Numbered from the stretch's first letter, positions 1-13,360 are shown. The stretch: 64,000 nt of DNA from Chiloscyllium plagiosum (GCF_004010195.1 NC_057719.1:69564401-69628400), one strand, 5' to 3'. Notes: generated from the letters alone by a model not told the origin. Numbers and translations: made by a program.

Positions 1-137
1 AGTAACATGTATTGAAAAAAAACACAAAGAATATATTATTGGCACTCTATCAGGAATAAAGTTCAAACCAATTATAGCTGGCCAGCAGCAAATTCTTGTC
101 TCTGGAACAACCACTGCAGTCATCAATAGATCATTGA

Positions 138-1449
138 ATGATGTGCGGCTTATCTCATCCACCAAGAAAGTGTTCAGCAGTTTCTGTGAGATGTAAGTTA
201 TGTACTACTAGAGGTCATTGGATTAAAATGAGTAAGAAATCCAATCACACAGAGAAGCCCAAAGTACAACATAATGCTCTACAGCAGCATGTGAAAAAGG
301 ACATCGAAAGAACAGTAATGAATAAGCTTCAAAAGCTCCATTCATGCAGTGAAGAGACCATAATTCCAGAATACTATGGGCTGCCTTCGTTAATGAAAAA
401 GACAATGAGTGGTGAGTACAACTTGTGGGTCAACACACCTCAGGTAAGGACCAATGTTCAGAAGGTAAGTCCTTCATGGTAACTATGCCAGTAGAGAAAT
501 TCAAACCATACTTATTGTCGCTGTATCGCAAACCAGTCAACTGAGCAAACAACCCTACAGCTAAAGCATGTCAATAAAGTCCAACACTACAGTATACAGA
601 ATCCAGTCAGACAGAACATGTGATAAACTTGGCACATCACATGGGTGCCATCAGAAAAGCAGAAGCTTTTGTCTCCTTTCAAATGATGTATCCCAAAAGG
701 ATCGGACAATAAGCACTCTCATCAAGATTAACACTACCAAAGTACAAACATCCTCCTTTTATGTATCTTAGATGAGATGTAATTAGGAAACTGGCACAGT
801 GTGGTGCAGTCCACACATGATAAGCATACAACTTATCCAACATCCCATACATTGGCATCATCTGTCTTAAATGTCAATGCCATCCTCAAGCTGGATACCT
901 GAAATCTTTTACATGGATGAAACAGATGAAACACCTATTATTGGCCTGCAAGTATGCCTCAATTACATCATTACCATTCACGAGGTAACAATTCTGTCTA
1001 TTGCAACTCCAAAGATTTCAAACCACAATATTATTAGGAGAAAGTGAGGACTGCAGATGCTGGAGATCAGAGTCGAGAGTGTGGTGCTGGAAAAGCACAG
1101 CAGGTCAGGCAGCACCTGAGGAGCAGGGGAATCGACATTTCAGGCAAGAGCATACAGCATGAAGGCCTGATGAAGGGCTCTTGCCTGAAACATCGATTCT
1201 CCTATTCCTTGGATGCTGCTTGACCTACTGTGCTTTTCCAGCACCCCATTCTCAAACCACAATATTACATCTACCTGTCACACGGCCAACCCTAGTCCAT
1301 CTTGGTTTGATGCTGATGGCAACATTAAAGGCAATGCTATGTTATATCTGAAAGATGATGTCCATTCTGATATTGATTCTCCTCATAAGTGCATTATTCA
1401 CATTCAAGAAAAGCTCAAAATGGAATTGGATAAGAACATTGAGTATTAA
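138..1449 (+). mobile_element. Degenerate Ty3/Gypsy LTR-retrotransposon gag-protease-RT relic (interrupted by a PLE insert at 1034-1251)
   Basis: ORF 138-482 opens with a gag-like zinc knuckle (CGLSH..KC...RCKLC..RGHW). Protease-like remnants lie at ~720-960 (FYMDETDETPIIGLQVC). ORF 1213-1449 contains a Gypsy pre-RT segment (FDADGNIKGNAMLYLKDD..IDSPHKCIIHIQEKLKMELDK). Many stops and frameshifts. Confidence 0.7.
1034..1251. mobile_element. Penelope-derived fold-back mini-element with hammerhead motif and 16-bp TSD
   Basis: Inverted arms gtgctggaaaagcacagcaggtcaggcagca / tgctgcttgacctactgtgcttttccagcac. CTGATGA..GAAA at 1167-1190. TSD tcaaaccacaatatta at 1018-1033 and 1252-1267. Confidence 0.85.
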
Positions 1450-1574
1450 GCATTGAGAACATTCTGCATACAATAGTGTGAGTTGTGGTTGATGAGCTTA
1501 GTGAGAGGTCCACACAATGGTAAAGTTTGAGTCAGTGGTGGTCCTGCAGGTTGCAGGTAGCAGAGAGAAAATGG

Positions 1575-1860
1575 TGATACTTACTCCTGCGGAGCACAAA
1601 ACAAAATTACAATTCTTTCAACACTGCTGTAGGTCTGGTTGATTCTGAAGACTGCATCAATCCAGGCCATTTTCTTTGTGTAGATGCCTGCATTTGGCAA
1701 CACGGTCTCCTTTGGTGATCCAGAGAATAAAGCATGGTCTTTGTTCTTGACAACCCATCCACCAGCATCTCCAGATTCTTGGAGAAAATGGAGTGCCACT
1801 TCCCCTTTCTGAGCAATTTCCTTGGATCCAGCAGTGCAGGAGCACAGGGTGAAAGGTAGC
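1575..1860 (-). pseudogene. Harbinger-type Myb/SANT-like DNA-binding ORF relic
   Basis: Two overlapping frames give FSKNLEMLVDGLSRTKTMLYSLDHQRRP and KKMAWIDAVFRIN, resembling an MSANTD-type N-terminus. The region ends at a GTAAGT donor-like site. Confidence 0.5.
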
Positions 1861-2134
1861 TGTTGGCAATCCAGTGCCCAAAGGAGCATGAATCTCTCAA
1901 ATGCATGGCAGAAGTGAGTACATTCATCTCTCCTGCCACATGATTCCTTGAGTTGTTCACTGTGGGAGCTGGCTGCATGATTAATCAGCTGAAGAGTAAG
2001 AAGTTGAGTGGGAAAAGTCAGTACAGGCTATTGTGGATCACCCACCATGAAACTTCTCAAAAACTACTCTTTGCAAAAATAAAAATGGGATAAGTTCCAC
2101 CCAAAATCTGAAACAAATACAAAAATCTCACATA

Positions 2135-2220
2135 AAAACAAAAGTCCTGGAAATACTAAGCAGGTCTGGCAGCACCTGAGAAGAGAGAAATAGGGTTGAG
2201 CGTTCAGGTCAATTGCCTTT
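2135..2220 (-). repeat. Old Penelope terminal-repeat fragment
   Basis: gtcctggaaatactaagcaggtctggcagcacctg resembles the PLE terminal repeats elsewhere in this window. Confidence 0.5.
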
Positions 2221-2379
2221 ACCTGTTAGTTTCAGGTCGAATCCGTGACACCCTGAAGAAGTCACACCAAAGTCACTAGCAGGCAAGAAATGTCAAACTC
2301 ATCTCCCTTTGGTTTGCAATTTCTGTCCAAAAAGTCAGCAATCAAACTTAGAGAGAGAAATCACCCTGAAGAAATTTAC

Positions 2380-3140
2380 TGTAGTTCTTTGCAGAAGTGA
2401 GAGATCCTCTTCACAAATGTAATCTGTGGATTTGATATATTTGGTCTCAGCAAGGCTTTTAATCCAGTGCCAGACATACAATTAATTTACAAGCTAGAAG
2501 CCAGAAATTAAGGCCAGGCTTCTGTGCTACGTTAAAGATTGGCTAAAACTGAGCAAGAGAAGGGACATTGTTGTGAACGGGACCCTGTCAACATGTAAAT
2601 GAATGACTAATGAAATGTCAGTGTGATCAGTATTGCAGCCATGGACGTTAACATTTCATATAAATTAATTTCAACTGGGGAAAGAGGCAGAACAGTGGAT
2701 GACATAAATTGGTGCAACTGGGGTGAAGGTCAAACAATATGGTCATTACAAATCAGATACAAAAGGGATGGACCTGTTCCAAAGGAGAGTCGCATCAGCC
2801 TCAAAGCTGTTAGTTTGTTTATCTCTCTACAGATGTTGAGTTTCTTTTTATTACAAAACAGACCTTGTCAGGATGAAAGGTATGCTGATGAGTGGCAAAT
2901 TATCTCTTAGCTGGAAAAGTACAATTTAGTAAGATGAGGGAAAAGAATTGAACTAAAAAACTCTCACACAGAAGACAACACACAGGAGTGGGATCGAGTG
3001 TTATCATGAATAGCTCACTGAAATCTTCAAAGCAGTATGAAGCAGCAATAAGCAAGTTAATCAGATCTCACAGTGGTTAACCACAGGGAAACAATGTAAA
3101 TCCCGGGATGTGATCACACCACCGGGAATATTGTGTACTC
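2380..3140 (+). mobile_element. Highly decayed CR1-like LINE RT fragment
   Basis: Remnant motifs VDLIY..SKAFNPVP..LIYKLEA, KDWL, VVNG and, at the end, EYCV. Confidence 0.55.
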
Positions 3141-3204
3141 CGATTATAATAACACTATCTGGCAGTCTAGAAGACATTAATAAAAACTCATACTTAGTTC
3201 AAGA

Positions 3205-3636
3205 CAGGACTTCCCAAACTGTGGACTCACTGAGGTCATGCAGTGATACTCTGAGGTCTGGGTAAACAGTGAGAAGCTCTTTTACAAACTTGTGGTTTTT
3301 AGTGATAGTCTGGCCTAACTGATTGACCTTTGAGGCCAGATTCCTGCTTTATGAGAAGGTTGATGCTGCTTGTCTAAAAACCCCTCCTGATCAAACAGCC
3401 ATCTCAATCTCTGCTCTCACAGCTCCCTATCCCCCATCCTGCCCTCACAGCTCTTCACCCCTCAATGCCTACTCTCACAATTTGTTCTCCTCCCCCACCC
3501 CTCATGCCAACAGCTCTGAACCTCTCTCTCTCCCAAAAACTTTCCCTGCTTCTACAATTCTATCCTCCCACCTGAATCGTAGGAAGCCACAAGTCTCGAA
3601 TTGGGATCATTATTGGAAAAGTTTCTGGAAGCACAG
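3205..3636. mobile_element. Probable non-autonomous hAT DNA transposon
   Basis: Imperfect TIRs caggacttcccaaact ... agtttctggaagcacag. Flanking 8-mers gttcaaga / tttgcaga partly match. Confidence 0.45.
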
Positions 3637-4718
3637 TTTGCAGATATCTGAACTGTGTAATGTTAAAAAAGGGGGTGGGTGGGGGAAGGTTTAAGCCATG
3701 CAACCCAATCAAATTCAACTGAACCCACCTCAAATACATCTACTTCTTGTTTTAACAGAATCCAGATATTTTAGTCTTTTAGAGTTAAGGGCTACACATT
3801 AAGTTTCCAAGCAGTTCAGAAACCTAGCAGCTGAAAGGAACTTTGAAAAATCCATGTCCTTCACCAAACTCTTAAATCATCTCCCAACAGGTATCAGCAC
3901 CAAAGAAGGTGGGGTTATTTCCACAGGAGAATTTCCCTACTGTCAAAAACTCCATTGATTGCTCAAGATATCATTTGCTGGCTACTTGTATTCCAGAAGG
4001 ATAAGCATTTTCTATTTTCTTTTCAATTAATTATTGACTAGTGACCTTAATTCCTTTCCAGTTACAATAAATCACAGTTTCTTCATTCTGTTTGCTTCCC
4101 TAATTGTGTAATACTACCCAAAATTACATTATTGTTCTCAAGAAAAGCAAAATTGCCAATTTCTATGATCCACAAAGACAAGATAAGAAAAGTAATTGAA
4201 TTCATGCATTTTTATTCACAAACCATTAACCAATCTTGCTGTGAAAATGAGGATGTTTCCGTTTGTTAAAAATGTTAGGCTTTCAGATTTGTAATTGGGT
4301 AAATCTTGTGCTCTTTTTTCACTATAATGCTCAGTGTGCAATTTAACCACTAACTGTTCAGTGCTGCTGTTTCAGGATTCCTGCTGCAGTCAAGTCAATA
4401 TCTTTTCAGAGATAGAAATTTGCATTTTTCACCAGAATTTTCAAAATTAGCAGCCAGAATCCTATGGTTCAAATGAGGCTCTATTTCAATAATACTGTAA
4501 TGACCATGCACAAAAAAAGCCCATCTAAAAGGAAAACATATGTATAAAATGTATTTGAAAATTTTAAAAACATTACAATTGAGAGTCAAATTTTATTTTA
4601 AAAATGCTTACTAACTAGATAATAAATTAGAAAAATAACCTTAAAACAAAGTTACCCCTGACGCCATTTAAAATATGTAGTGTGCCCAGTTTTCATTACT
4701 TGATAATACAAGAAACTG

Positions 4719-4737
4719 TAGCTCCTTCTAGTGGATA
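4719..4737 (-). promoter_or_regulatory. Candidate CTCF motif
   Basis: Reverse complement tatCCACTAGAAGGAGCTA is close to the CTCF core. Motif match only. Confidence 0.3.
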
Positions 4738-5202
4738 GAGTTTTAAAGGACAGAATTTCTTGTTAACAGGAGGGCTGACAAAATCTTTGATCAGGATTAA
4801 TTCTGAAATTATTGAAGTACAGAAGTTGCTCTCCTCTTCCCATTGTGACTTAGTACATTTGAAAATTTCTGTTAGGGGACTGTTTTCCGTGGATTTGAGA
4901 GGTTAAGCTCTCTGATACATTATTAAAAGAGTGACAATAATGACATGGTACAATGACAGGGTACTATGGAATTCATTTACAGCAAAGGAAATAGCATTAA
5001 AAATGTTAATCAAGAACTAACAACTATCAGAAATATCCTTAGCGAACAGGGAGTCCTGGAAACAGATGGATCAGTGATGGCACTTGACTAAACCAATTGC
5101 ATTTGGATGGATCAATCCTTTATAAAGTAAAAAAAGTTGAAGTTAAATTTCAACTGGAAAGCAAAAAAACAACAACAGCGTTCTGCATGTTTTCATCCCA
5201 AC

Positions 5203-6862
5203 AATTAAAGGGAGTCAGGGGGCTGAGTTGAGTATGGTTGCCATTTCAAAAGAGATAGTGCTAGAAAAGCTAAAAGGTCTTAAAATTGACAAATCTTCTG
5301 GCCCCGATGGGCTACATCCTAGAGTTCTGAGGGAGGTGGCTGAGGAAATAGCGGAGGCGTTGGTTGAGATCTTTCAAAAGTCACTGGAGTCAGGGAAAGT
5401 CCCAGATGATTGCAAGACCGCTGTTGTAACCCCATTGTTCAAGAAAGGATCAAGCCAAAAGATGGAAAATTATAGGCCAATTAGCCTAACCTCAGTTGTT
5501 GGTAAAATTGTAGAATCCATCGTTAAGGATGAGGTTTCTAAATTCTTGGAAGAGCAAGGTCGGATTAGAACAAGCCAACATGGATTTAGTAAGGGAAGGT
5601 CGTGCCTGACAAACCTGTTAGAATTCTTTGAAGAGGTGACAAGTAGGTTAGACCAGGGAAACCAAGTGGATGGGGTCTATCTACACTTCCAAAAGGCCTT
5701 TGATAAGGTGCCACACAGGAGGCTGCTGAGTAAAGTGAGGGCCCATGGTGTTCGAGGTGAGCTACTGGCATGGATTGAGGATTGGCTGTCTGACAGAAAG
5801 CAGAGAGTTGGGATAAGAGGTTCTTTTTCGGAATGGTAGCCGGTGACAAGCGGTGTCCCACAGGGTTCAGTGTTGGGGCCGCAGCTGTTCACATTATATA
5901 TTACTGATCTGGATGGAGGGACTGGGGGCATTCAGCGAAGTTTGCCGATGATACGAAGATAGGTAGACAGGCAGGTAGTACTGAGGAAGTGGGGAGGCTG
6001 CAGAAGGATCTAGACAGTTTGGGAGTGTGGTCCAAGAAATGGCTGATGAAGTTCAATGTGAGCAAATGCGAGGTCTTGCACTTTGGAAAAAAGATTACAA
6101 GCATGGACTACTTTCTAAGCGGTGAGAAAATTCATGAAGCCAAAGTACAAAGGGATCTGGGAGTGCTAGTTGAGGATTCTCTAAAGGTAAACATGCAGGT
6201 TGAATCCATGATTAAGAAAGCGAATGCAATGTTGTCATTTATCTCAAGAGGGTTGGAATATAAAAGCTACTGAGACTTTATAAAGCTCTGGTTAGGCCCC
6301 ATTTGGAGTACTGTGTCCAGTTTTGGGCCCCACACCTCAGGAGGGACGTACTGGCACTGGAGCGTGTCCAGCGGAGATTCACACGGATGATCCCTGGAAT
6401 GGTAGGTCTAACATACGAGGAACGGCTGAGGATACTGGGATTGTACTCATTGGAGTCTGGAAGGTTAAGGGGAGATCTAATAGAAACTTACAAGATAATA
6501 CATGGCTTGGAAAGGGTGGATGCTAAGAAATTGTTTCCGTTAGGCGGGGAGACTAGGACCCGTGGGCACAGCCTTAAAATTAGAGGGGGTCAATTCAGAA
6601 CAGAAATGCGGAGACATTTCTTCAGCCAGAGAGTGGTGGGCCTGTGGAATTCATTGCTGCAGAGTGCAGTGGAGGCCGGGACGCTAAGTGTCTTCAAGGC
6701 AGAGATCGATAAATTCTTGATGTCACAAGGAATTAAGGGCTACGGGGAGAATGCGGGTAAGCGGAGTTGAAATGCCCATCAGCCATGATTAAATGGTGGA
6801 GTGGACTCGATGGGCCGAATGGCCTTCCTTCCACTCCTATGTCTTATGGTCTTATGGTCTTA
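5203..6862 (+). mobile_element. Young 5'-truncated CR1 LINE (RT domain to 3' UTR), pseudogenised
   Basis: ORFs 5228-5839, 5989-6273 and 6303-6770 encode CR1 RT: KSSGPDGLHP, NYRPISLTS, QHGF..GRSCLTNL, FQKAFDKVPH, FADD, EYCVQFWAP. There are a stop at 5837 and frameshifts, and the element ends in a (cttatggt)n tail. Confidence 0.95.
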
Positions 6863-8869
6863 TCACAAACCCATGCTGGGTCAGCCAATATTAAGGTGTG
6901 GTTGGCAGCTAGCCATAAAACTTACATTAACTTCCTTGCATTTGTCACGGAGGGGTCAATACCCTATTTCTGAACCCAAACCAGAATTCTGACAATGCTG
7001 GATGGAACGATCAGATTGTCTTAAGTATACTGAATGGCAGCCACCAGAAAAATTAAAGTTTAAATTTAAGCTCTTTTTACCATCAAACACTGTTGTGGAC
7101 AATTAATGGCTTATACTCACACCTCCTAATCTCCTTGCCACTGCTCTTAGGTATACCTAAAAATTACTGCTGGTAAGATTGTAGCTGCCCTGAGTTGCCT
7201 ACAATCTACTGCTGTTTTGCAAGGGCTAATTTTGTTGAGACTCTGATATCTCAATTTTTGTGCATACTTTCAGCAAGATGACTATTCTTATCTAATCTGA
7301 AAATAATTAACAGTGAAAATAATTCACTGTTGATTTATGAGTTTGTGAGAACAGTTACCGAATATCAGCAGTGAATGGTTTGTATAGTCTATTAAGTTTG
7401 TTGAGAAGCAGTGATTTAGATGTGATACATTAGTTAATTAGATCAAGAAAGTATACAACCTTGGCAATTGGGGATGGTTCCCCAATACAAGAGGACAAAC
7501 AGGCTCTTGGCACGGTATGCTTCGGTCTTGTTAAAGTGTTTGGAGCAGGATCCTGCTCTCTAGCTGAGGTGTTAAGGAACTCTTCCCTGGGTCTTCCTCC
7601 TTTTCTGGTCTATCTTTCATCTGCCTGATGAAGACTGCTCAATGAAGACTATTCTCTGGGGATCACCTGATGGGATTTGCTATGGGATCTGCTTGATGAC
7701 AACTGCTCTCTGATAGAACTCCCTTCTGCTTCTGGCACTTGTTGTTATCTCCTATTTCTATGAGCAGATTATTTTCTGTGTCAATGGCCAAGGGTCAACT
7801 ACTCATGACATTGGATGACCATTGTCCCTGGCCCACCTTTGTCTGGGGGTTTGTTTACCATTCTTTCCAGGATTAAATACTTCTTATTTTCAAAAACCAC
7901 ACACTGATAATACACACTGCATTTGGTATTAAATAAATTGCTGAAACTTGTTCAATGGGCTTTGAAACTTCTGCATTTTTTGTAATTCTTTCTCTTGTTT
8001 TCAAGTTAGAAGTTTGGAAAGTTAAGTGCTGCTGTAATAGCTGTTAAATAAAGTCTCATAATACACAGTAAATACCAGGGAAATTCAAAATTTAAGGGAC
8101 CCCAATATTCAATAATCTGATTCCTGATCTAAATGTGTATCTGAACTTGGCTGCTTGAGTTCAACCCTCCTGGTCATTATCTATGTGCAGGAGGCTGAAA
8201 CCTAACAGATGCCAAGCTATGAAGCTGTCATCTGCTGGTGTGTCGTGAAACTACAGACACAAGTAAATTTCATTTTTAATGTGTTCGACTGTTGATGAGT
8301 GGAGGGAAAGTAGGACTCTAAATTTGCCAGATTTTCATTGTTTTCGCATTTTGTCAGTCATAAACACTTCCAATTTCCCTGCTTCAGTTCCTTTAATTAT
8401 TTTAAAGCATTCTTGCCATTTTGCTCCACTGTAACAGAAGGTTAAACAATAGCATCAAATGCTAGAATTTGTTTTGTGTGTTAAAAGACAGGTCACCACC
8501 ACAAGTGTTTATATCTTGCACCTCAGGGTAGCTGAGAGAAAGTAGATTTTTGCACTTTATTATGGTAGCCACAATCATAGCATATTAGGATATCTTAATG
8601 ACAATTGCAATTAATTTCACAAGATGGCTAGAGAATAAAATAAATCAACCTGAATTTGTATAATGCCTTTCATGATTTTGGGATGGCCTGACGCATTTTA
8701 CATTAATTTTAATTTACTAATTGAAGTGTAATTAATGTATTGCAGGAAACAGAGGAGCCAGTTTATACACAGGAAGATCACACAAACAGCCATGCATTTA
8801 AGACGAGATAATTGGTTTTTGGTGTTCACTGAATATCGACCAAAATGATAAGGATATTGTTCTTCCTTT

Positions 8870-9070
8870 CCCAAAGATATTATGGAATCCTTTCATTTGA
8901 CACGAGAGACCAGACAGGAGCCTCCATTTCACATCTCATTGAAAGAGGGGATCTCTGCCTAAGCAGCACACCCTCAATACTGCACTGTTAATTTAGATTA
9001 AGTCTCTGGTCTGACATTTGAACTGATGACCTTTTGATCCAGAAGCAAGAATGCTGACTACAAGTCATGT
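8870..9070 (-). mobile_element. Old Deu-domain tRNA-derived SINE
   Basis: The reverse complement has a decayed tRNA head followed by cagtgcagtattgagggtgtgctgc...ctttcaatgagatgtgaaatggaggctcc, resembling the Deu domain. Confidence 0.6.
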
Positions 9071-9299
9071 TCACTTTTGTCACTCAGGCGATGCTGTAAT
9101 CCTGATTATGCTCCCTTTCCATCAATAACTCCACCTTGAATGTATTTAAGCTTGTCAAAACTGCTTTATGCCCAGACATAAGAACATAAGAAGCAGCAGG
9201 ACAGGAATGAAGGCAAATTGAACCTTCATATTTACTCACCTTCTGTCTGTAAGCAGAGATATTTTGATTTTTTTCCCCTCTCTCTCTTTTCAAACAAAC

Positions 9300-9780
9300 A
9301 AGGATATTTGGCCTGTTTGGTCTCCTTACTTAAGAAAGGTCGCAATTACTTTAGAAACATTTCATAGGATGTTCTTCCAACTTAATAATGAGAGGTGACC
9401 TTATTCAAACATATAAGATCCAGAGGGACTTGACAGTGTGTTGCTGAAAAGGTGTTTCCCCTTGTGGGAAAACAAAGAAAATAGAGGGTACCTGTTAAAA
9501 ATTAAGGGTCACCCATTTAGTTGGAAATGAGAATTTGTTTTTATTATCAGAGTATTATGAGTCTATGGAACTCTTTTCTCCAGAGACTGGTGGAGACATC
9601 ATCATTGAATATGTTTAAAGCAGAGGTTGGTCGGTTCTTGACTAACAAGGGGTCAAAGTATATTGACAGTAAGCAAAAAGGTGGAGCTGAGGCTACAGTC
9701 AGATCAGCCATACTCTTATCATAATCCTAGCATGCTCAAGGGGCTGAATGGCCTATTCTTGTTCCTAATCTCTATTTTTG
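9300..9780 (+). mobile_element. Old CR1 3' fragment
   Basis: RGDLIQTYK and LWNS..Q..VE...L..FKAEV.RFL, followed by a 3' UTR with gggctgaatggcctattc. Confidence 0.8.
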
Positions 9781-10699
9781 TTACCTTGTGTCTTTGCCCA
9801 ATCTCCGTATCCTCTCTTTAGAGTCCAAAAATCTATTAATCTCAGATTTGAATGTACACAACAACTGAAAATACTGAAAGCTGTGTCGCAGACCACTCCA
9901 AGTGATAAGTAGTCTGCATGACAATATTTCAGATTGATCTTTCACCAGTTATGCTTTTTGATGCTTTGTTATGGTGTATGAATTGGTGCTTCAGTGTGCA
10001 GTCTCAGTTTCATGGAGCAAATAAAGAATATTTAGTAAAAAAATCTGTTGCTTTCCCTTTTCTGGGTTATTGATTTCTCAATCCAAATTCCTGATTATGA
10101 CTGTTGTGGCCAAAGTACAATAATTGGATCATGGATACCAGAAACATGACTTCAGATTTATTTTCCCTCTCTTGTATTTAATGTTGCCTTGTCAAACTTC
10201 TAATGGGCCACATACATCATTGGGCAAAATATACTGATTGGCTCAGTTAACCACTATTTGTTTTGTTAAGTACGTTAATTCCCTCAATGGCAGGAAAATG
10301 AACCAATAAAGAAGAAGAAATCAGTCAAAAATTATAGACTTAAATTGCATGCAAATTATTTTTCCAAGATTGATTTCCAAGTTTGCTTTTACATTAACAA
10401 ATGTCTTCAAAAATCTTACCCCATGTCTCACTGATTGGACCAACGACAAAAACAGTCTTCAGCTAATTTTGGTATTGAACCTCTGTCCCTACTTTAACTC
10501 ATCATCCAGCATTGTGCCCTGCTTCTATTCCCAACTTGGAGTCAACTCTCCTCATCTTCCCAGCTTCTGAATCCTAAGTTAATTGTGTTGCCATTTGATT
10601 TTAGTGTCATGGGGTTTCAGGACTTAATTTTATGGGCCAAATTTAAAATTGTTCAATAGGTAGAGTATGACAGTGGAGTGTCTCGATTTGTGTCAAATA

Positions 10700-11945
10700 T
10701 TTTTCTCTGCATGACAGAAGAGTGCAGATTGGTTGGCAAGTGGACTCTGACTGTGAGAGGCATTACCACAGAGAATGAACCATAGAGACAACCTCGACCC
10801 GTCAACATTGCATGAATCAGCATTCCTTGAATTTATTAACTCAGCAACTCATGCAGTTGAGTTGAACTTCAATGAAAACATGAATATCCAAATAAATAGT
10901 GTTGCCATGGGGTTCCTACTAGGCCAAGATCTTTGTTGGATTCCTTGTGAAATATATCTTTGATTGAATGATGCCTAACCTTGCATACTTCTGGTTAGTA
11001 GATGATACATTTGTGATGTTTGAAACTGCAGCTGCACTTAAGACTTTCTTCACATGTCTTAATGGACTCTATCCTGTACTCAAAGTGATGTTTGAAATTG
11101 ATCAATAACATGTGCTCCCTTTCCTCATTGTCTGCGTGGAGAAATAAGCCCGAGGGTTCTCTCCTTCTGTCCACTGCAAGCCTATCTTCAGTTTAAATAA
11201 ATAATGTGGTCTACGAAATTCACTGCTGGTGTGACGCCAGACATATAGACCATACATCCCAAAGACTGCGGATTGTATGAAACTACATATCCCCTTGACT
11301 ATGCTAAACATGTAAGGTATTGACGTATCCAACCCAGCCACATTTGCAAACTCATAACACAGTGTCCAACATTCGATGAAATTGGACAGCATTTCTGAAT
11401 GTGCAAAGCATTACACTGACATTTAATTTAGTGTCAAAAACATTAATTGTTGGAAAAGCTCAGCAGATCTCGCAGCATCTGTAGAGAGAAATCAGAGTTA
11501 ACGTTTCAGGTCCAGTGACCCTTCCTCAGAATTAGTTTAGCTTTCTCAGTTAGCTTCTAGTGTGGCTCACTTGTATATCATGGAAGCTATATACAGGGCC
11601 CTGTTAATTTGCAAAAAAAAAACATGTACTTGCACCTGTTCAACTCAATAAAGCAGATGTCTGACCCATTTCTCAGGGAATTACCTTGAACAATCGGACA
11701 GTCATTCTGCCTGACTTTAAATTTAAACAAAGCCTGATAGTCAACTGTCAATGAAGTGGCTCCATGGTAAATTCACTACCAATCAAAGTCTACTCGCTAA
11801 TTAATCAGCACTCTCCTCTAATATACTATAAACGTTGAATTTTCCTTTGAATTGATATCCTTGAGAGTTGTCCCGATGAGTGCAAGATGAAAAACTTTGA
11901 AAAAATGTATATTTTCGATCGCAATACTCAAGTTCTGTACTACCA
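10700..11945 (+). mobile_element. Decayed Penelope-like element (RT relic with inverted pseudo-LTR)
   Basis: PLE RT motifs ATHAVELNFN...QINSVAMGFLLG, VDDTFVMF and LPFL. Segment 10710-10770 is an inverted copy of 11765-11820. A decayed hammerhead lies at ~11873-11900, and a short PLE terminal repeat is inserted at ~11440-11530. Confidence 0.75.
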
Positions 11946-12267
11946 AGGTGTCCATTCTCAACATCTCTGGAATCATATTATCCAAGCTCATTGCTGATTT
12001 TACAATGACTCCCATGTGCTTGGTAGCCATGAGTCCCTTCGCTGTTACTTCTCATATTGGCATTACTAATCCTTGCTGAGTTGATCTACATGCTAGACAT
12101 TACGTTCACTCAAATATCACCAAGTTATTTTTACATTAAGTAATGTGAAACATTTGCTACTTGTACTGGAAGTTAAAAATGAGAAAACAAATTATCAATG
12201 ATTTAAGTATTCTGCCACGTTGACCAAAAACTGACACCAGTGGAGTTCAATAAATCTTTCCTGTCTC

Positions 12268-12518
12268 TAAGGAACATTGAAACAAGAGTGGGTGATTCAG
12301 CCTATCAAGCCTACTCTGTCATTCAGTTGGATCATGGCTGTACCTCATATTCCTACACTATCTCCATATTCCTTGATGTAATTTCTCTCCAGAAATCAGT
12401 GATTTCTATTTTGGACATACTCAATATTTAAGCTTCCACAGCCCTCTGGTGTAGGAAATTTTAAATATTTGCCACTCTCTGTGCATATAAATTCCTCCTT
12501 ATTTCAGTCTTAAATGAC
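12268..12518 (-). mobile_element. Old CR1 3' fragment
   Basis: Reverse-strand CR1 3' UTR and ORF end (cttccacagccctctgg..., aaattcctccttatttcagtcttaaatg). Confidence 0.65.
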
Positions 12519-13360
12519 CAAAACGCTGTGCCTGCAGCAGTGTTAGAGGGATAATTAATATGTTTGTCAGATCATTAAAGGCAGAAACAATCATCAATAA
12601 AAGATAATGAACAGTAGCAGAGCTGTTTAAATTATCTACTCTATCCTCTGAATGACAAATCAAATACACCAGAGATTCAAACCAATTCATAAAGCTCCAT
12701 ATCATAATTCAGTCATAAAAAGCATGTTTAGTAAGTCACATTTTGAAGAGCTCTACATGTTAGTACATATTGGAATAATGGTTCTTTCTTTTTGTGATTG
12801 ACTGGATACTTGAGGAAATCATTAGACTAACCTTTATAGCACAGAAACATAAGAAATAGGAGCAGGAGTAAACTATACAACCCACCCATACTATGCAATA
12901 TAATCACAAAGGATATTGGGTTTCAATCATTTGTCTTACCTCTCACCTTTGCACAAATATATGATTTTTCCTTTAGTTTGAAGCTTTCTCTAAATTCTCT
13001 AGCTATTCACAGATAATGAGTCCTCTCTTTAAAATAATGGGCTCAAACCTATCTAATGGCAAATCATTATTTGAATGTAGATGTAACCCAGGATCTAGTA
13101 CTAAGAAAATCTAGAATAAGTTTATTTTTCATGCTATATAAAGATGATCATTAGTGTGACACTTGTCACTGCACATTATTGGTCATTGGATTCAGATTTG
13201 GATCTCTGGTATATTTGATTTGTCATTCAGAGGGTAATATGGATAATTTAAACAGCTCCTCTACTGTTTGTTATCTTTCACTGACGTTTTGTTTCTGCCT
13301 TTGATGCTCTGACAAACATGTTAATTATCCCGCCAACACTGCTGAAGGCACAGCATTTTG
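12519..13360. mobile_element. Unclassified element with ~165-bp imperfect terminal inverted repeats
   Basis: 12519-~12685 is the diverged reverse complement of ~13195-13360. A CR1 tail fragment lies inside at ~12845-12930. Confidence 0.75.

Noticed and set aside
5228..6770. Functional reverse transcriptase gene
   Set aside because: It is a 5'-truncated CR1 with an in-frame stop and frameshifts.
7625..7650. CTGATGA as a hammerhead core
   Set aside because: No stem II or GAAA box follows.
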